Below are positions 22,065 through 33,516 of a DNA stretch of 64,000 bases, in pieces (position 1 is the first letter of the stretch; each line of letters begins with the position of its first letter). Origin of the DNA: an uncultured Acidobacteriota bacterium (lineage in GTDB: Bacteria > Acidobacteriota > Blastocatellia > RBC074); contig CAWCKY010000001.1 in the NCBI GenBank assembly GCA_963796275.1, forward strand, positions 960,001-1,024,000, written 5' to 3'. A model generated the notes under the pieces. The model was not told the origin of the DNA. It saw only the letters and a program-made list of their open reading frames with translations, and did not search any database. A program made the position numbers and the translations under genes.

Positions 22065-23516
22065 ATGTTATCACTTCGAGTCAAACTCACTCTTTATTAT
22101 CTGGCGATCCTCACAGCCGTTTTGCTACTGTTCGGATCATCGATTTATGCATACCTCTCTCACAGCCTGCAGATGACGATAGATGAATCACTCGGGTACC
22201 AGTTGAGGAGGATTGAACACAATCTGGCCGCCAGCTCGGGCTCGGAGAATAACGAGCACTCGGCGCTGAACGGCGATGACGATGAACATCTATTACAGTT
22301 ATCCCCACACCTCATCCAGATCATTGACGATCGAGGGCGGGTCACCGACGAAACGGTGTCGCCGAGGCGGGAGCAACTCGAGGTGGACATCGAGAAATTA
22401 CGGCAGCTCGAGGTCGGCAATAATTACTTCGAGACTGTGCGGTTGAGTGATGGCAACTATATGCGGGTTGCGACACGTCGAGCGCGAGACCAGGGAGATG
22501 ATGGGAGCTACTACATACGGCTCGGCCAATCGCTCGAGACGCTGGATGCCGCGCTCCGCCGCCTTCTTATCATCCTGGGGATCGCTATTCCAGTCGCACT
22601 GATCCTGGGAAGCTACGGTGGGCTTTTGCTTGCCAATCAGGCGCTGCGCCCTGTCGATCGTATTTCCCGCGCGGCGGAGCAGATCAGCACGGGTGATCTG
22701 ACCGAGCGCGTACCGATGTCTTCCAAGATGGACGAGATTGGCAGGCTGGTCGTGACGTTCAATCAGATGATCTCACGCCTGCAGGCGGCTTTTGAACGGC
22801 AGAAGCAGTTTACTTCCGATGCATCTCATGAAATGCGCACGCCGCTCGCGGTTATGCGCGGTGACATAGAAATCGCTCTGCGTCGCGAACGTTCCGACGA
22901 AGAATACCGGCGCGTTTTGACATCGAACCTCGAGGAGATCGTCCGCCTCTCGCGCCTGGTCGAGGACCTGTTGATGTTGGCGCGGGCCGATTACGGGCAA
23001 GTCGAACTGCGCCATGAGCCGGTCGATCTTAATAAATTATGCCAGCAGATGGTCGAGTACATTTCGCCGCTCGCTCAGCAAAAGGGTCAGGACATCCATT
23101 ACCTTCACCTCAACGGGAAAGCGATTGAGTTTGCGCAGGTCGAATCGCGTGCGATAAAGATCAGCGGCGACATGCAACGGATCAAGCAACTGCTGCTCAA
23201 CCTGCTCGACAATGCGATCAAATACACCGACTTCGGCGGCAAGGTTTCGCTGGAGCTGAAGACGGATGACAAATGCGCAGTGATCACGATCGCCGATACG
23301 GGCCGCGGCATACCTCCCGAGGATTTACCTCACATTTTTGAACGGTTCTTCCGCAAATCGAAGACGACCAGCGACAGAAGCGCGACCGGTTTTGGCCTCG
23401 GCTTGTCGATTGTGAAATGGATTGTCGATTCGCACAGCGGGAAAATCACCGCGCAAAGTGAAGTGGGCAGAGGCACTACCTTTACCGTTAAATTTCCGCT
23501 ATTACAAAACTATTGA
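22065..23516 (+). CDS. HAMP-domain sensor histidine kinase
   Basis: Two TM segments, HAMP, DASHEMRTPL, NLLDNAIKYT, DTGRGI, GFGLGLSI. Confidence 0.95.
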   Translation: MLSLRVKLTLYYLAILTAVLLLFGSSIYAYLSHSLQMTIDESLGYQLRRIEHNLAASSGSENNEHSALNGDDDEHLLQLSPHLIQIIDDRGRVTDETVSPRREQLEVDIEKLRQLEVGNNYFETVRLSDGNYMRVATRRARDQGDDGSYYIRLGQSLETLDAALRRLLIILGIAIPVALILGSYGGLLLANQALRPVDRISRAAEQISTGDLTERVPMSSKMDEIGRLVVTFNQMISRLQAAFERQKQFTSDASHEMRTPLAVMRGDIEIALRRERSDEEYRRVLTSNLEEIVRLSRLVEDLLMLARADYGQVELRHEPVDLNKLCQQMVEYISPLAQQKGQDIHYLHLNGKAIEFAQVESRAIKISGDMQRIKQLLLNLLDNAIKYTDFGGKVSLELKTDDKCAVITIADTGRGIPPEDLPHIFERFFRKSKTTSDRSATGFGLGLSIVKWIVDSHSGKITAQSEVGRGTTFTVKFPLLQNY

Positions 23517-23604
23517 ACAGGAAATAGGGAAAAGCACCGACGAAGGCAAAATTAGCCAATAAAATTACGTTGCCGGATGAGCGAGTTCATGAGAGAGGTA
23601 TTCA

Positions 23605-24744
23605 ATGAAACCGGTGCCCCTGAGTGGGGTTTTGATAAAGAATTTTCTTCTATGCCTGTCGGCGATATTCAGCTGCGGCTTTCAAGAGCCGGCACGCTTA
23701 CATTTCGATCGGGCGCAGGAGGCTCAACGGAACGGCGATTTCGAGAAAGCCGAGAAGGAATATCAGGCTTTCATAAGGCTCATGCCCGGTTCAGCCGAAG
23801 CATACAGCAATCTGGGGGTGATCTATTCCCGCCAGTCCCGATTCGACGAAGCGATCAAATCCTATGAAACGGCCCTTCAGCTCAATCCATCGCTGACTCC
23901 TATCTACTTAAATCTCGGAATAGTTTATTACCGCGTAGAGAATTTCGCGGCTGCCATCGGACCACTCGAGAAGTTCCTCTCGACCTCGCCGGAAAATTAT
24001 CAGGCGACGTTGCTCGCCGGAATGAGTTATGCGCGCGCGGAAAAATACCGACAAGCCGCGACTTATCTTGAAAAAGCTCGTGCGGCAAACCCCGATGACA
24101 TAGCCGCGCAATTCGCGCTGGCCAAGGTTTTTCTGAAAATCGAACGCTCCGGTGAAGCGCTGAAAATACTGGAGCGGCTAATTACGGAAAACCCGCAATC
24201 GGCCGAAGTCCATCTGCTGCTCGGTCACGCTCGACTCGGCGGAGCCGAGTACGACGCGGCTATCGAGCATTTCAATCGAGCAGCGCAGCTCAACCCGCAA
24301 TTGCCGGCGCTCCATTACGGTCTCGCAACCGCATATCACAAACAAGGGCAGAATGATCACGCCATCGATGAATGCCGCAAGGAGCTGCAGCTCAACCCTC
24401 TGGATGCGGAGGCGAATTGGCTGCTGGGGAGCTTGTTGGAGATGCGCAGCGTGTATGATGAGGCGGGGAAATATCTGCAAGTGGCGGTCAAGCAGAGGCC
24501 TGATTTCGCGGCGGCATGGTACCTGCTGGGCAAAGTCGCGTTTCGCCAGAACAGACTGGCCGATGCCGAAAAGCACGCCTTACAATCGCTCCGGTTGGAT
24601 GCGGTGCAGGAAGGTGCCCATTTCCTCCTCGGACAAATTTACCAGCGACAGGGCAAGCGCGCGCAGGCACGAGCTGAGTTTGACGAGGTCAAAAAAATTC
24701 AAGAGCGGAAACGAGCGAACGAAGCCGGGGCGATAAAAAAATAA
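23605..24744 (+). CDS. Exported tetratricopeptide-repeat protein
   Basis: Tandem TPR motifs (AEAYSNLGVIY, IYLNLGIVYY, LHYGLATAY, AWYLLGKV). Confidence 0.9.
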   Translation: MKPVPLSGVLIKNFLLCLSAIFSCGFQEPARLHFDRAQEAQRNGDFEKAEKEYQAFIRLMPGSAEAYSNLGVIYSRQSRFDEAIKSYETALQLNPSLTPIYLNLGIVYYRVENFAAAIGPLEKFLSTSPENYQATLLAGMSYARAEKYRQAATYLEKARAANPDDIAAQFALAKVFLKIERSGEALKILERLITENPQSAEVHLLLGHARLGGAEYDAAIEHFNRAAQLNPQLPALHYGLATAYHKQGQNDHAIDECRKELQLNPLDAEANWLLGSLLEMRSVYDEAGKYLQVAVKQRPDFAAAWYLLGKVAFRQNRLADAEKHALQSLRLDAVQEGAHFLLGQIYQRQGKRAQARAEFDEVKKIQERKRANEAGAIKK

Positions 24745-24785
24745 CATCATCTAAAGCTTAGCCCTGCGATATGAGTCGGGATACC

Positions 24786-24835
24786 GGAGCCTTTGGGAGT
24801 GCGGCTCGTGTTCGGCGCCGTATTCCAAAGGCTCC
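24786..24835. repeat. GC-rich inverted repeat (REP-like or bidirectional terminator)
   Basis: GGAGCCTTTGGGAGTGCGGC...GCCGTATTCCAAAGGCTCC between convergent genes. Confidence 0.75.
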
Positions 24836-24847
24836 CCGTAATAATAC

Positions 24848-26134
24848 TCATCTCTTTGTAATTGGCACATAATTCCGTTCGTCGCTTCCCAAGTAGACCT
24901 GTCGTGGGCGCGCGATCTTCTGATCCTGATCGAGCAGCATCTCTTCCCATTGCGCGACCCAACCGGAAGTGCGTGGAATAGCGAATAGGACCGGGAACAT
25001 CTCTACCGGGAAGCCCATCGCCTTGTATATGATCCCGGAATAGAAGTCCACGTTGGGATAGAGCTTGCGGCTGACAAAATAATCGTCATCGAGCGCAATC
25101 CGTTCGAGCTCCAGCGCCACATCGAGGAGTCTGTCACGGCCCGTCACTTCGAAGACCTCGTCAGCGGTCTGCTTGATGATCCGTGCCCGCGGATCGTAAT
25201 TCTTATAGACGCGATGTCCGAATCCCATCAGGCGGAACTCTCCGGCCTTCACCCTTTTGACGTATTCGGGAACGCGATCGACCGATCCGATCTCATTGAG
25301 CATCCTCAGCACCTGTTCATTCGCTCCGCCGTGCAGCGGCCCGTAAAGCGCGGCAGATGCTCCCGCCAGAGCAGAGTACGGATCTACTTGCGAACTCCCG
25401 ATACTCCGCATTGCGTTTGTGCTGCAATTTTGTTCGTGATCCGCATGAAGTATGAAGAGCACATTAATTGCTCGTTCGAGAACCGGGTTCGGTTGATACT
25501 TCAACTCGGTCGTCTTGAACATCATATTGAGAAAATTACCCGGAAAACTCAGCTCGTTATCAGGGTAGGCATATGGCAGACCCATACGATGGCGATAGGC
25601 GAATGCGGCAATGGTGGCGACCTTGGCGATCAGCCGGTATAACTGCTTCCGCCTTGCCTCAGCGTTGAAAATATCCTTCGCATCCGGATAAAAAGTTGAA
25701 AGCGCCCCGACCGTGCCGATCAGCATGCCCATCGGATGAGCATCATAATGGAAGCCGTCAATGAATTTTTTGATGTTCTCGTGTATGAAAGTATGATGCG
25801 TAATATGCCAGGTCCAGTCCTTCAATTGCTGCGCAGTCGGCAACTCGCCATGCACGATCAGGTAAGCGACTTCAAGGTATGTGCTGTGAACCGCCAGTTG
25901 CTCGATCGGATAGCCGCGGTAGCGCAGGATGCCGACATCCCCGTCAATATAGGTGATCCGGCTGATGCAGGATGCGGTGTTGGTGTATGCCGGATCATAG
26001 GTCATCAGCCCGAAATCATCGTCAGAGACCTTGATCTTTCGTAAGTCCAGTGCCCGGATCGTCCCGTTCTCGATCGGGACCTGATACTGCTTGCCGGTCC
26101 GGTTATCAGTTATTGTAAGCGTGCTTGAGCTCAT
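24848..26134 (-). CDS. gltA: Citrate synthase
   Basis: GILRYRGYPIEQL, LHADHEQNCST, GPLHGGANE, LMGFGHRVYKNYDPRA, YPNVDFYSG. Confidence 0.97.
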   Translation of the reverse strand: MSSSTLTITDNRTGKQYQVPIENGTIRALDLRKIKVSDDDFGLMTYDPAYTNTASCISRITYIDGDVGILRYRGYPIEQLAVHSTYLEVAYLIVHGELPTAQQLKDWTWHITHHTFIHENIKKFIDGFHYDAHPMGMLIGTVGALSTFYPDAKDIFNAEARRKQLYRLIAKVATIAAFAYRHRMGLPYAYPDNELSFPGNFLNMMFKTTELKYQPNPVLERAINVLFILHADHEQNCSTNAMRSIGSSQVDPYSALAGASAALYGPLHGGANEQVLRMLNEIGSVDRVPEYVKRVKAGEFRLMGFGHRVYKNYDPRARIIKQTADEVFEVTGRDRLLDVALELERIALDDDYFVSRKLYPNVDFYSGIIYKAMGFPVEMFPVLFAIPRTSGWVAQWEEMLLDQDQKIARPRQVYLGSDERNYVPITKR

Positions 26135-26159
26135 AGATTCCTCCTCAGTAGGAGAGCTG

Positions 26160-26287
26160 GTAGTTGATGGTTGACAGTCGAAAGTTCGTTTGAACGAGTA
26201 AATTTCACGACCTGCCTATTTACTATTGGCTATTGACTATTGACTATTGACTATCAACTATCGTCTATCAACGATCAACTATCAACT
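26160..26287. repeat. Heptamer-repeat palindrome upstream of gltA
   Basis: GTAGTTGATGGTTGACAG...(CTATTGA)n(CTATCAA)n. Confidence 0.7.
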
Positions 26288-26835
26288 CTTCCTCATTGTT
26301 TCAAATGTGTGCCAATTCAGTGGCCGAGATATTAAGGCTTGATCTGCGATGTGCGCAAGAAAAAGCAATTTATAGCAAAAGATTTGGCAAGTTTCATTAC
26401 CAGCCATGCGGTGCGCTGGGAGCGTATGCGATCTCCTCTTGCGAGCACCCCGATTTCAAGGTTCGGTGGTTCTCTTCCTCCTCAATGCACCCGCTCAACT
26501 TTCTCCTGTCGCCCTCTTCCAGTCACCTCCCATTCTATAAGTGGTTCATATAAAAATTTTCGGTATAAAAATGGACTAAACGACACTGAAGTCATAAAGC
26601 AAGTGAAATGGAAGAGTATTGGATCTAGCATTCTCTAACATTGGATATCTGAAAGAAGAACATTGATATTTTATCGCGCCATCATTGTTCCTGGCTTATA
26701 AGCCCACATAAAAGTTGATAGTTGAGAAATTGATACTGAACGAATTTCGGTCAATCTCACTCACTTCTCAACTACCCACTATGAATGACTCTCAACTTTC
26801 CACTATCCGATGATAAGTGGAGAGGAGGTTTAGTA

Positions 26836-29731
26836 GTGTCCTCATCGTCAACTGAGAGCGGGAAAGTTCGTTTCCCGAGGGCCAAGTTATTACCGCCGCG
26901 TCCCGGGCGCTTATTGCTTGAGCGACCACGTCTGATCGAGCGTCTTGTTGCAAATCTCTCTCATCCGGTTACGCTCGTGACCGGCAATGCAGGTTCGGGC
27001 AAAACGACGCTGGTGGCCGACTTCGTCAACAAACTGGCGGAGCGGTTTGTCTGGTATCAACTCGACAAGACTGACGCCGACCCCACGGTATTCCTCGGTT
27101 ACATCACCAATGGTATTCGACAAATCAATCCCGGTTTCGGACAGACGACGCTGGCGTATCTGAACCGCGAGGCCGCGCAAATCAGCAAGCATCCGGAACA
27201 TGCGGTAGATGTTTTGATCAATGAGATGCTCGATGATATCGAGCATCAATTCATCATCGTATTCGACGATTACCACAATCTCGGAATCGATACTCCAGTT
27301 CACGCAGTCGTAGATCGTATGATCGCACAGCTGCCCGAATTGCTGCACACCATCGTCATCTCGCGCAAGATGCCGCCATTACAGCTAGCGCGTATGCGAT
27401 CGCGAGGTGCGCTGTCGATCATTGGTCGCAGTGATCTGCTCTTCACTGATGAAGAGGCGCAGGCGCTTTTTCACGAGGTCTTCGAACTGGAGATGACGAA
27501 AAATCAATCGGCCGCTTATCGCGAACGAGCGCAGGGATGGATCACCTCATTGCATCTGGTGCGGGAGTTGGCGCAGCGACAGAGCCCGGCGCAAACAGAA
27601 GAAATAACTGCAACGCCAGCCGCCTTGCCCGACCTGAAAGTAATTTTGGAGAAATCGGAGCATGACATCTTCGAATATTTCGCCGAGCTTGTCATCAGCG
27701 GTGAATCGGAAGAAATCCGCCAGCTGCTGCTCAGACTTTCGCTCGTCAAATATATAGAGCTGGATGCGTGCCTTCGGCTCTACCCTGAAATCGATAGCGC
27801 GGTTGTATTGCCGGCTCTCGTTCGCCGCAATATTTTCGTAGTCGCCGTTGGAGTTGATGGCAGCGAAGAATATCGTATACATCCGATGTTTCAGAACTAT
27901 TTGCGCCGCCGCGTTTGGACGTATTTCGACGGGAAAGCGTTACCAGTTGAACATACGCGGATTGCTGAATATTTTCTTGAACAGGGCGACATGGGACGTG
28001 CGATGCGCCACCTTTTTGCAGCCCAGGAGTTCGAACGTGCGGCGGCCTTGATCGCGGAGAAAGGCCATGAGTGGGCGGGGCCCGTATCGCTTACATCGAT
28101 TGTTGATGCCCTTCCTCCTAACCTGATTGAGCGATTTCCACGCGCACTCATTCTTCGGGGAGAGGTGGAACGACTGCGATGCGAATACGATATTGCGCAA
28201 CCGCTTCTACAGCGCGCCGCTCAATTGATGCACGATAAAAATGACGGGGATGGCGAGGCGGAAGCTCTGCATTCGCTGGCGGCAATAGCGTATCAGCGGG
28301 GCGAGCATACAGTGGCCTTTGAATATCTCGATCGGGCAATCGCGCTGGCGGGCGATCGCTCGCTCCCACGTGCCAGGGCCGGAAACACGCGCGGCCTATG
28401 TTTCTTAGAGTTGCAGCGATGGGATGAAGCCGATGCTGAGTTCCGCTCGGCGCTACAGATGGCGGAAGAACTACAGAATGAAGACCTGATCGGAATCATC
28501 GTATATAACCTCGGGTTGCCGGCGCTGGTTCGCGGCGATTTCGCCGGAGCGCTTCATTGGTGGCGCCGATTATTGTGTGACTATAATCACCGCCCGCCAT
28601 CTATACAGGGGGCGTTGGTGTATCTGAACGCTGCGCGCTGCTATTTCTTGCGGGGCGAGCTGGAAGATTGCGAAAAGCATCTTGATCAGGCGAATGAATA
28701 TTGCCGTCTTTTAAATCTGACCGAACTGAGCGGGGAGGTTCTCGAGGCCTTCGGCAATTTACACCGCAAACGCGGAGACCATCATCGCGCCGCTGATTAT
28801 TTCGCTCGAACCGCGCGCCTTTCCCGGGACGCGGAGATCGATCAAATTCGCCATGGTCAGCTCGATGGACAGGCTCGATTCAAACGCGAGTTGCTGCCGC
28901 CGGAACTACGCGATCAACTCGTCGTTAAAACGACGGAGCATACAGCGGGTCTGACCGTTACATATCCACTCGGTGATCTCACTATAAATATGCTTGGCCC
29001 GGTCGAAATCATGCGGGGTACCGAAGCGACCTTTCGCTTTAGACGCATGGGCGACGAAGCGTGCGCGTGACATTCTGTGCTTCATCGCATCGAGGCCGCA
29101 CAGACGGGCTTCCAAAGAGACGATCTTCGAAACTTTTTGGACTGAGGAAGACTCGGAAAATATCGTTAAGGACTTCCATCCGACGGTGTCGCAAATTCGC
29201 AAGGCGCTCAACAGCAATCAGCAGCTCAAGCTGAGCTTTTTGCTTTATCGAGATGGCGTCTATTACCTCAATACAGAATATGCCTATGTGATCGACCTGG
29301 AAGATTTCGATAGGATGGTGTCCGAGGGCGAAACTGCTCTCCGTGCCGGGCAAGTCGATCGCGGCATCAGATGTTTTGAAAACGCCATCCGGCTCTATCG
29401 TGGCGGATTTATGCAGGGGTTTAATGACGGTTGGGTCGACGAGCAACGGGTTTATTACAGCGAACAATACCTCCGCCTTCTCGAATATCTCGTTGTTGCG
29501 GCACAGAAGAGTAACGAGTGGCAGCAGTCGCTTCAGTTCGCTCAACAGCTTCTGCGCGAGGATCCATTTCGCGAAGACATCCATTGCCGCGTCATGCGAG
29601 CACACGCCGAATTGGGCGACCGCACTGCGGTTAAAGAACAATATGAGACGCTGCGCGGCCTGCTGCGCAAGGATCTCGGCCTGGAACCTTCCACAAGAAC
29701 ATCTATGGTTTACCGGCAACTTTTGGCTTAG
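26836..29731 (+). CDS. MalT-like STAND ATPase-TPR regulator with C-terminal wHTH/BTAD; +1 frameshift near 29018
   Basis: KLLPPR..LLERPRL, GNAGSGKTTL, FDDYH, TPRs; second frame RARDILCFIAS...DPFREDIHCRVMRAH...DLGLEPS (BTAD). AGGAGG RBS before GTG 26836. Confidence 0.85.
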
Positions 29732-29884
29732 GGGCGATAAATGATTGTGTATTCTGTTTTTGAATGCCATCGAGCCGAAGGGAACCCAGGCTTTTAAACC
29801 AAACAAAACTTATAATTGCAAGCAAATCTAATATGAGTAGGTTTTAAATAATTAAGAATTAAATTATCTTCGGCGGCATCCCGC

Positions 29885-30025
29885 TCTTGTGCTGATTGGG
29901 CATATACCTCAATATATCCCGGGCCATCAACGTGATATTGGCTTACCCCTTACAGTAGTTGCTCTTACAGTAGTTGCGGTCTTCTTCACTCCTTAGCCGG
30001 GTCCGTGAATCTGGCTGCTTCTGCG
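29885..30025 (+). promoter_or_regulatory. Conserved upstream region of TBDR copy 1 (promoter-like box and structured leader)
   Basis: CTCTTGTGCT..ATATAcCTCAATATAT and TTGCGGTCTTCTTCACTCCTTAGCC..GTGAATCTGGCTGC both recur at 34603-34722. Confidence 0.55.
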
Positions 30026-30106
30026 GTATTGCCTCCATGATCCATTACATTCATGAGAAGTACCTATAGATCAAGGGATCGATTTTTGTCCACTATCGGA
30101 GGTTAT

Positions 30107-33100
30107 ATGTTCCTGCAAACGATAAGACTACTCTGCTTGCTCAGTGCCCTCTGTCTGAGTGCCGCAAATATTTGGGGTCAAGCGCGAAGTTCATCCGCCG
30201 ACCTGACGGGTACCGTTCTGAGTCCCTCGCAATCGTCTTTGCCGGGAGTCACAGTCACTGCTTTGAATCTTTCCACCGGGTTGCTGCGCACAGTCGTGAC
30301 AGACGCAACGGGTAATTACCGCATTCCGCTGCTGCCGCCCGGCAGGTACGAAGTGAGGGTTGAGGCGCCGGGATTCAACGTTCAGGTCAAAAGAGGCATC
30401 AACCTGACTGTCGGGCAGCTCGCCGCGATTAACTTCGAAATGACTCTCGGAGTAATAAAAGAGGCCGAGGTGATCGAAACGGCCACGCCGGTGGTCGAAA
30501 CCGAGCGGACGCACCAGTCTTCAACGATCACTCAGAAATTGATCCTGAACTTTCCGATCAATGGACGCAACTTCCTCGATTTCGCCAAATTGACTCCGGG
30601 CGTCGTCGAGGAGAGTCCCGCGATTACAGGCGTTCAGCCAGCGGCGTTGACTACATCGGGCCTCTCTTTCAGCGGTCTGAACGCGCGAGCTAACAGCGTT
30701 ATGATTGATGGGGTGGACAACAACGACATTGCAAGTAACGGCGTGCGCCCGACGATCAGCCAGGAGGCGGTCAGCGAGTTTCAGATCAATCGCAGCGGCT
30801 ACAATGCAGAGTTTGGGCGCTCGAGTGGAGGGGTCATCAATCTCGTCTCGAAGAGCGGCGAAAATCAATTTCACGGAAACGTCTACAACTATTTCCGCAA
30901 CGAGCGACTGGATGCGCGCAACCCTTTCGCTACGGGACTACCGAACGACCCGTCGTTCAAACGCAATCAGCCCGGCTTCACCTTCAGCGGACCGATCAGG
31001 AGAGATCGGACATTTTTCTTCACCGCATATGAGGGGTTGATCCGGCGCGAATCGGCGGTAACGACCATCCTAACCGATCCCAGCATCCTACAGCCCTCCG
31101 CGGCCCAGAGGGAGCTGATCAATTTGTTGATCGGCTCAGGGAATCCTGATTACGTAGCACTGGGAGTAGATATTCGGGAACGGCTTACGACCTCGCCGGA
31201 TAACCTCTATCCTATAGTCGGCCAGCCGGTGACCGGGACCAATCCTCTCAACAGAACCACATACAATCTGCTGGCGGGCTCGACCGGCTCTTTCCCGATC
31301 ACCCAGACTTCGAGCACGGGAAGCCTCAGGTTCGACCATGCCTTCAACGAGCGCGATTTCCTTTTCTTACGCTATAACCTGACCAACGACAGCCAGCACA
31401 ACGTCGGCATCGGGGGCCAGATCGCTCCCTCAGCGGGATTCGATATTGCGAGCCGCGATAACACCTTCATACTGGGTGAGACCCATATTTTCAATAACAG
31501 GGCCACCAACGAATTTCGCTTTCAAGGCGTGCGCAACATCTACAACGCCGATACGGTAGACCCGTTCGGCCCGCGCATGAGGATAGCCGGCATCGGCACC
31601 TTCGGCCGTGAGTTCTTCTCACCAACGGATCGAACACAACGGCGATATCAGTTTGTCGATAATTTCAGTCTGACCCGCGGAAGTCACAATATAAAATTCG
31701 GCGCCGATTTCAGCCGCTATCAATTCGACACGGTGTCCGCCGTCTTTTTGGGAGGCAACATCGATTTCTTACCGACGTACGTCAATCTAAATATGATCCT
31801 GGGTGACTCGACGCGATCGCAAATATCGGATGCGCTCGTCGGCCTGGGTCGCACGGACCTTCTGGCGCAGCTCGCGGCTCAGCCGCTGACCATCGTGCAG
31901 CAGATGAACTTCGGTTATGCGGGCGCGATCAATCAGGGATTCGGCGATCCGCGGGCTAAGTTCACCGGCCACATCCTGGGGGTTTACCTCCAAGATGGCA
32001 TGCGTGTAAAACCCAATCTCTACCTGAGCCTCGGTTTGCGCTATGACTATGAGATGCAGCCCGCAGGCACGCCGCGCGATGGGAACAACTTCGGACCGCG
32101 ATTCAGTTTCGCTTACGATCCATTTAAGAAGGGGCGAACAGTGATCCGAGGAGGAGGCGGCCTCTATTATCAATCGCTTTACACGGGAGCGTCGTTCGCT
32201 TCATCGGTTCTGGGCGGAGGGCAGATCCGCAACATCCTGGTCACTCCGGATAATCTCATCACGCCGATCTCTCCGGCTTCGTTTTGTGGTCCGTCGGCGG
32301 CAGCTGGTTTTCCGCCGTCATTTTGCTTCTACAGGGAATTATATAACCGTGGATTGTTGAGTTTCCCTTCGACGGCTAGCATTCCGGAATCCGCTTTCTC
32401 CGATTTACTCGGTCTGACGAGCGATACGAGCACCAACCGGCTGTTGGTTCGCCTGGACGGCAAGGCCGCCAATCCCTACAGCTTTCAGGGTAATTTCGGC
32501 ATCGATCAGCAGCTCGGCAGCGACTGGAACTTGTCGATCAATTACCTGGTAAACCACGGCCTGAACCTGATCCGCGCGCGGCAGGTTAACGCGATCCCAA
32601 ATCCGGCGATGATCGATGCGCTGGGGCGCCCGTCATTGTCCGGACGCGTGGACCCGACACTGCTGGCGGATTTCGTCCTCGAAACGGCGGGCAATTCGAT
32701 CTATCACGGTTTGACCGTCGGAATCGATAAACGCTTCAGCCGTTTCTACCAGATAATCGGTTCATACAGCTTCGGCAAAACGATCTCCGACGCATCCGAT
32801 CTCGTTTTCGAACAGGGGCCGCAAGACCCGACCAACGCGCTGGCCGATCGCGGCCTCTCGTCTTTCGATGTGCGCCACCGCCTTTCGCTGGGGGCGATCG
32901 TCGACAGTCCATTCCGTGGCGGTATAGGTAATGGATTTTTCCAGCGCATGCTCGCCGATTTCTACATATCACCGATCGTCACGGTGCGATCCGGGTTTCC
33001 CTTCGACATTCGGACCGGGCTTGACGTCAATATGGACATTAACTATAACGACCGCCCGTTCGCGGTCGGCCGCAATACGGGGATCGGGCCCGGATACTTC

Positions 33101-33370
33101 ACAACCGATCTGCGATTGGGGCGGCATCTCCGCTTCAATTCTGACGGGTCGCGCTCGCTCGAATTGATTTTCGATGCGTTCAATCTCTTCAACCGGGTAA
33201 ATTTCAAGGAAGTGAATGGGAATACCTATGGCGTCCTCTCCCTGGATCAACTGGGGATTACGGACTTCCGAGTCCGCGGCAGTGCTGATTTACCGCCGAG
33301 TAGTTTCGGGGGATTCATCTCCGCCTATGATCCGCGGATCATTCAGCTCGCGGTGAAGTTCAATTTCTAG
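30107..33370 (+). CDS. TonB-dependent receptor (Oar-like), copy 1
   Basis: GGAGG RBS; FPINGRNFLD, KSGENQFHG, YLQDG, NNFGPRF, PRIIQLAVKFNF. Confidence 0.93.
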   Translation: MFLQTIRLLCLLSALCLSAANIWGQARSSSADLTGTVLSPSQSSLPGVTVTALNLSTGLLRTVVTDATGNYRIPLLPPGRYEVRVEAPGFNVQVKRGINLTVGQLAAINFEMTLGVIKEAEVIETATPVVETERTHQSSTITQKLILNFPINGRNFLDFAKLTPGVVEESPAITGVQPAALTTSGLSFSGLNARANSVMIDGVDNNDIASNGVRPTISQEAVSEFQINRSGYNAEFGRSSGGVINLVSKSGENQFHGNVYNYFRNERLDARNPFATGLPNDPSFKRNQPGFTFSGPIRRDRTFFFTAYEGLIRRESAVTTILTDPSILQPSAAQRELINLLIGSGNPDYVALGVDIRERLTTSPDNLYPIVGQPVTGTNPLNRTTYNLLAGSTGSFPITQTSSTGSLRFDHAFNERDFLFLRYNLTNDSQHNVGIGGQIAPSAGFDIASRDNTFILGETHIFNNRATNEFRFQGVRNIYNADTVDPFGPRMRIAGIGTFGREFFSPTDRTQRRYQFVDNFSLTRGSHNIKFGADFSRYQFDTVSAVFLGGNIDFLPTYVNLNMILGDSTRSQISDALVGLGRTDLLAQLAAQPLTIVQQMNFGYAGAINQGFGDPRAKFTGHILGVYLQDGMRVKPNLYLSLGLRYDYEMQPAGTPRDGNNFGPRFSFAYDPFKKGRTVIRGGGGLYYQSLYTGASFASSVLGGGQIRNILVTPDNLITPISPASFCGPSAAAGFPPSFCFYRELYNRGLLSFPSTASIPESAFSDLLGLTSDTSTNRLLVRLDGKAANPYSFQGNFGIDQQLGSDWNLSINYLVNHGLNLIRARQVNAIPNPAMIDALGRPSLSGRVDPTLLADFVLETAGNSIYHGLTVGIDKRFSRFYQIIGSYSFGKTISDASDLVFEQGPQDPTNALADRGLSSFDVRHRLSLGAIVDSPFRGGIGNGFFQRMLADFYISPIVTVRSGFPFDIRTGLDVNMDINYNDRPFAVGRNTGIGPGYFTTDLRLGRHLRFNSDGSRSLELIFDAFNLFNRVNFKEVNGNTYGVLSLDQLGITDFRVRGSADLPPSSFGGFISAYDPRIIQLAVKFNF

Positions 33371-33516
33371 TCAGCCCTCGCTGGATCGAAACATTTGGCG
33401 TGCGCGAAGCCGTAAAGACGCAAGGAAGGGGTAGAAGAAGGAAAAGGACATTTTATCTCTTAAATTCCTTCTTCTCTTCGCGCCTTCGCGGCTCCGCGTG
33501 AGATCTCCCAGCTTAT

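Noticed and set aside
33395-33505. CGCGAAG/CTTCGCG-type imperfect hairpin after TBDR copy 1 (partial copy at ~38190-38235)
   Set aside because: Degenerate intergenic repeat or terminator; too eroded to define as a separate element.
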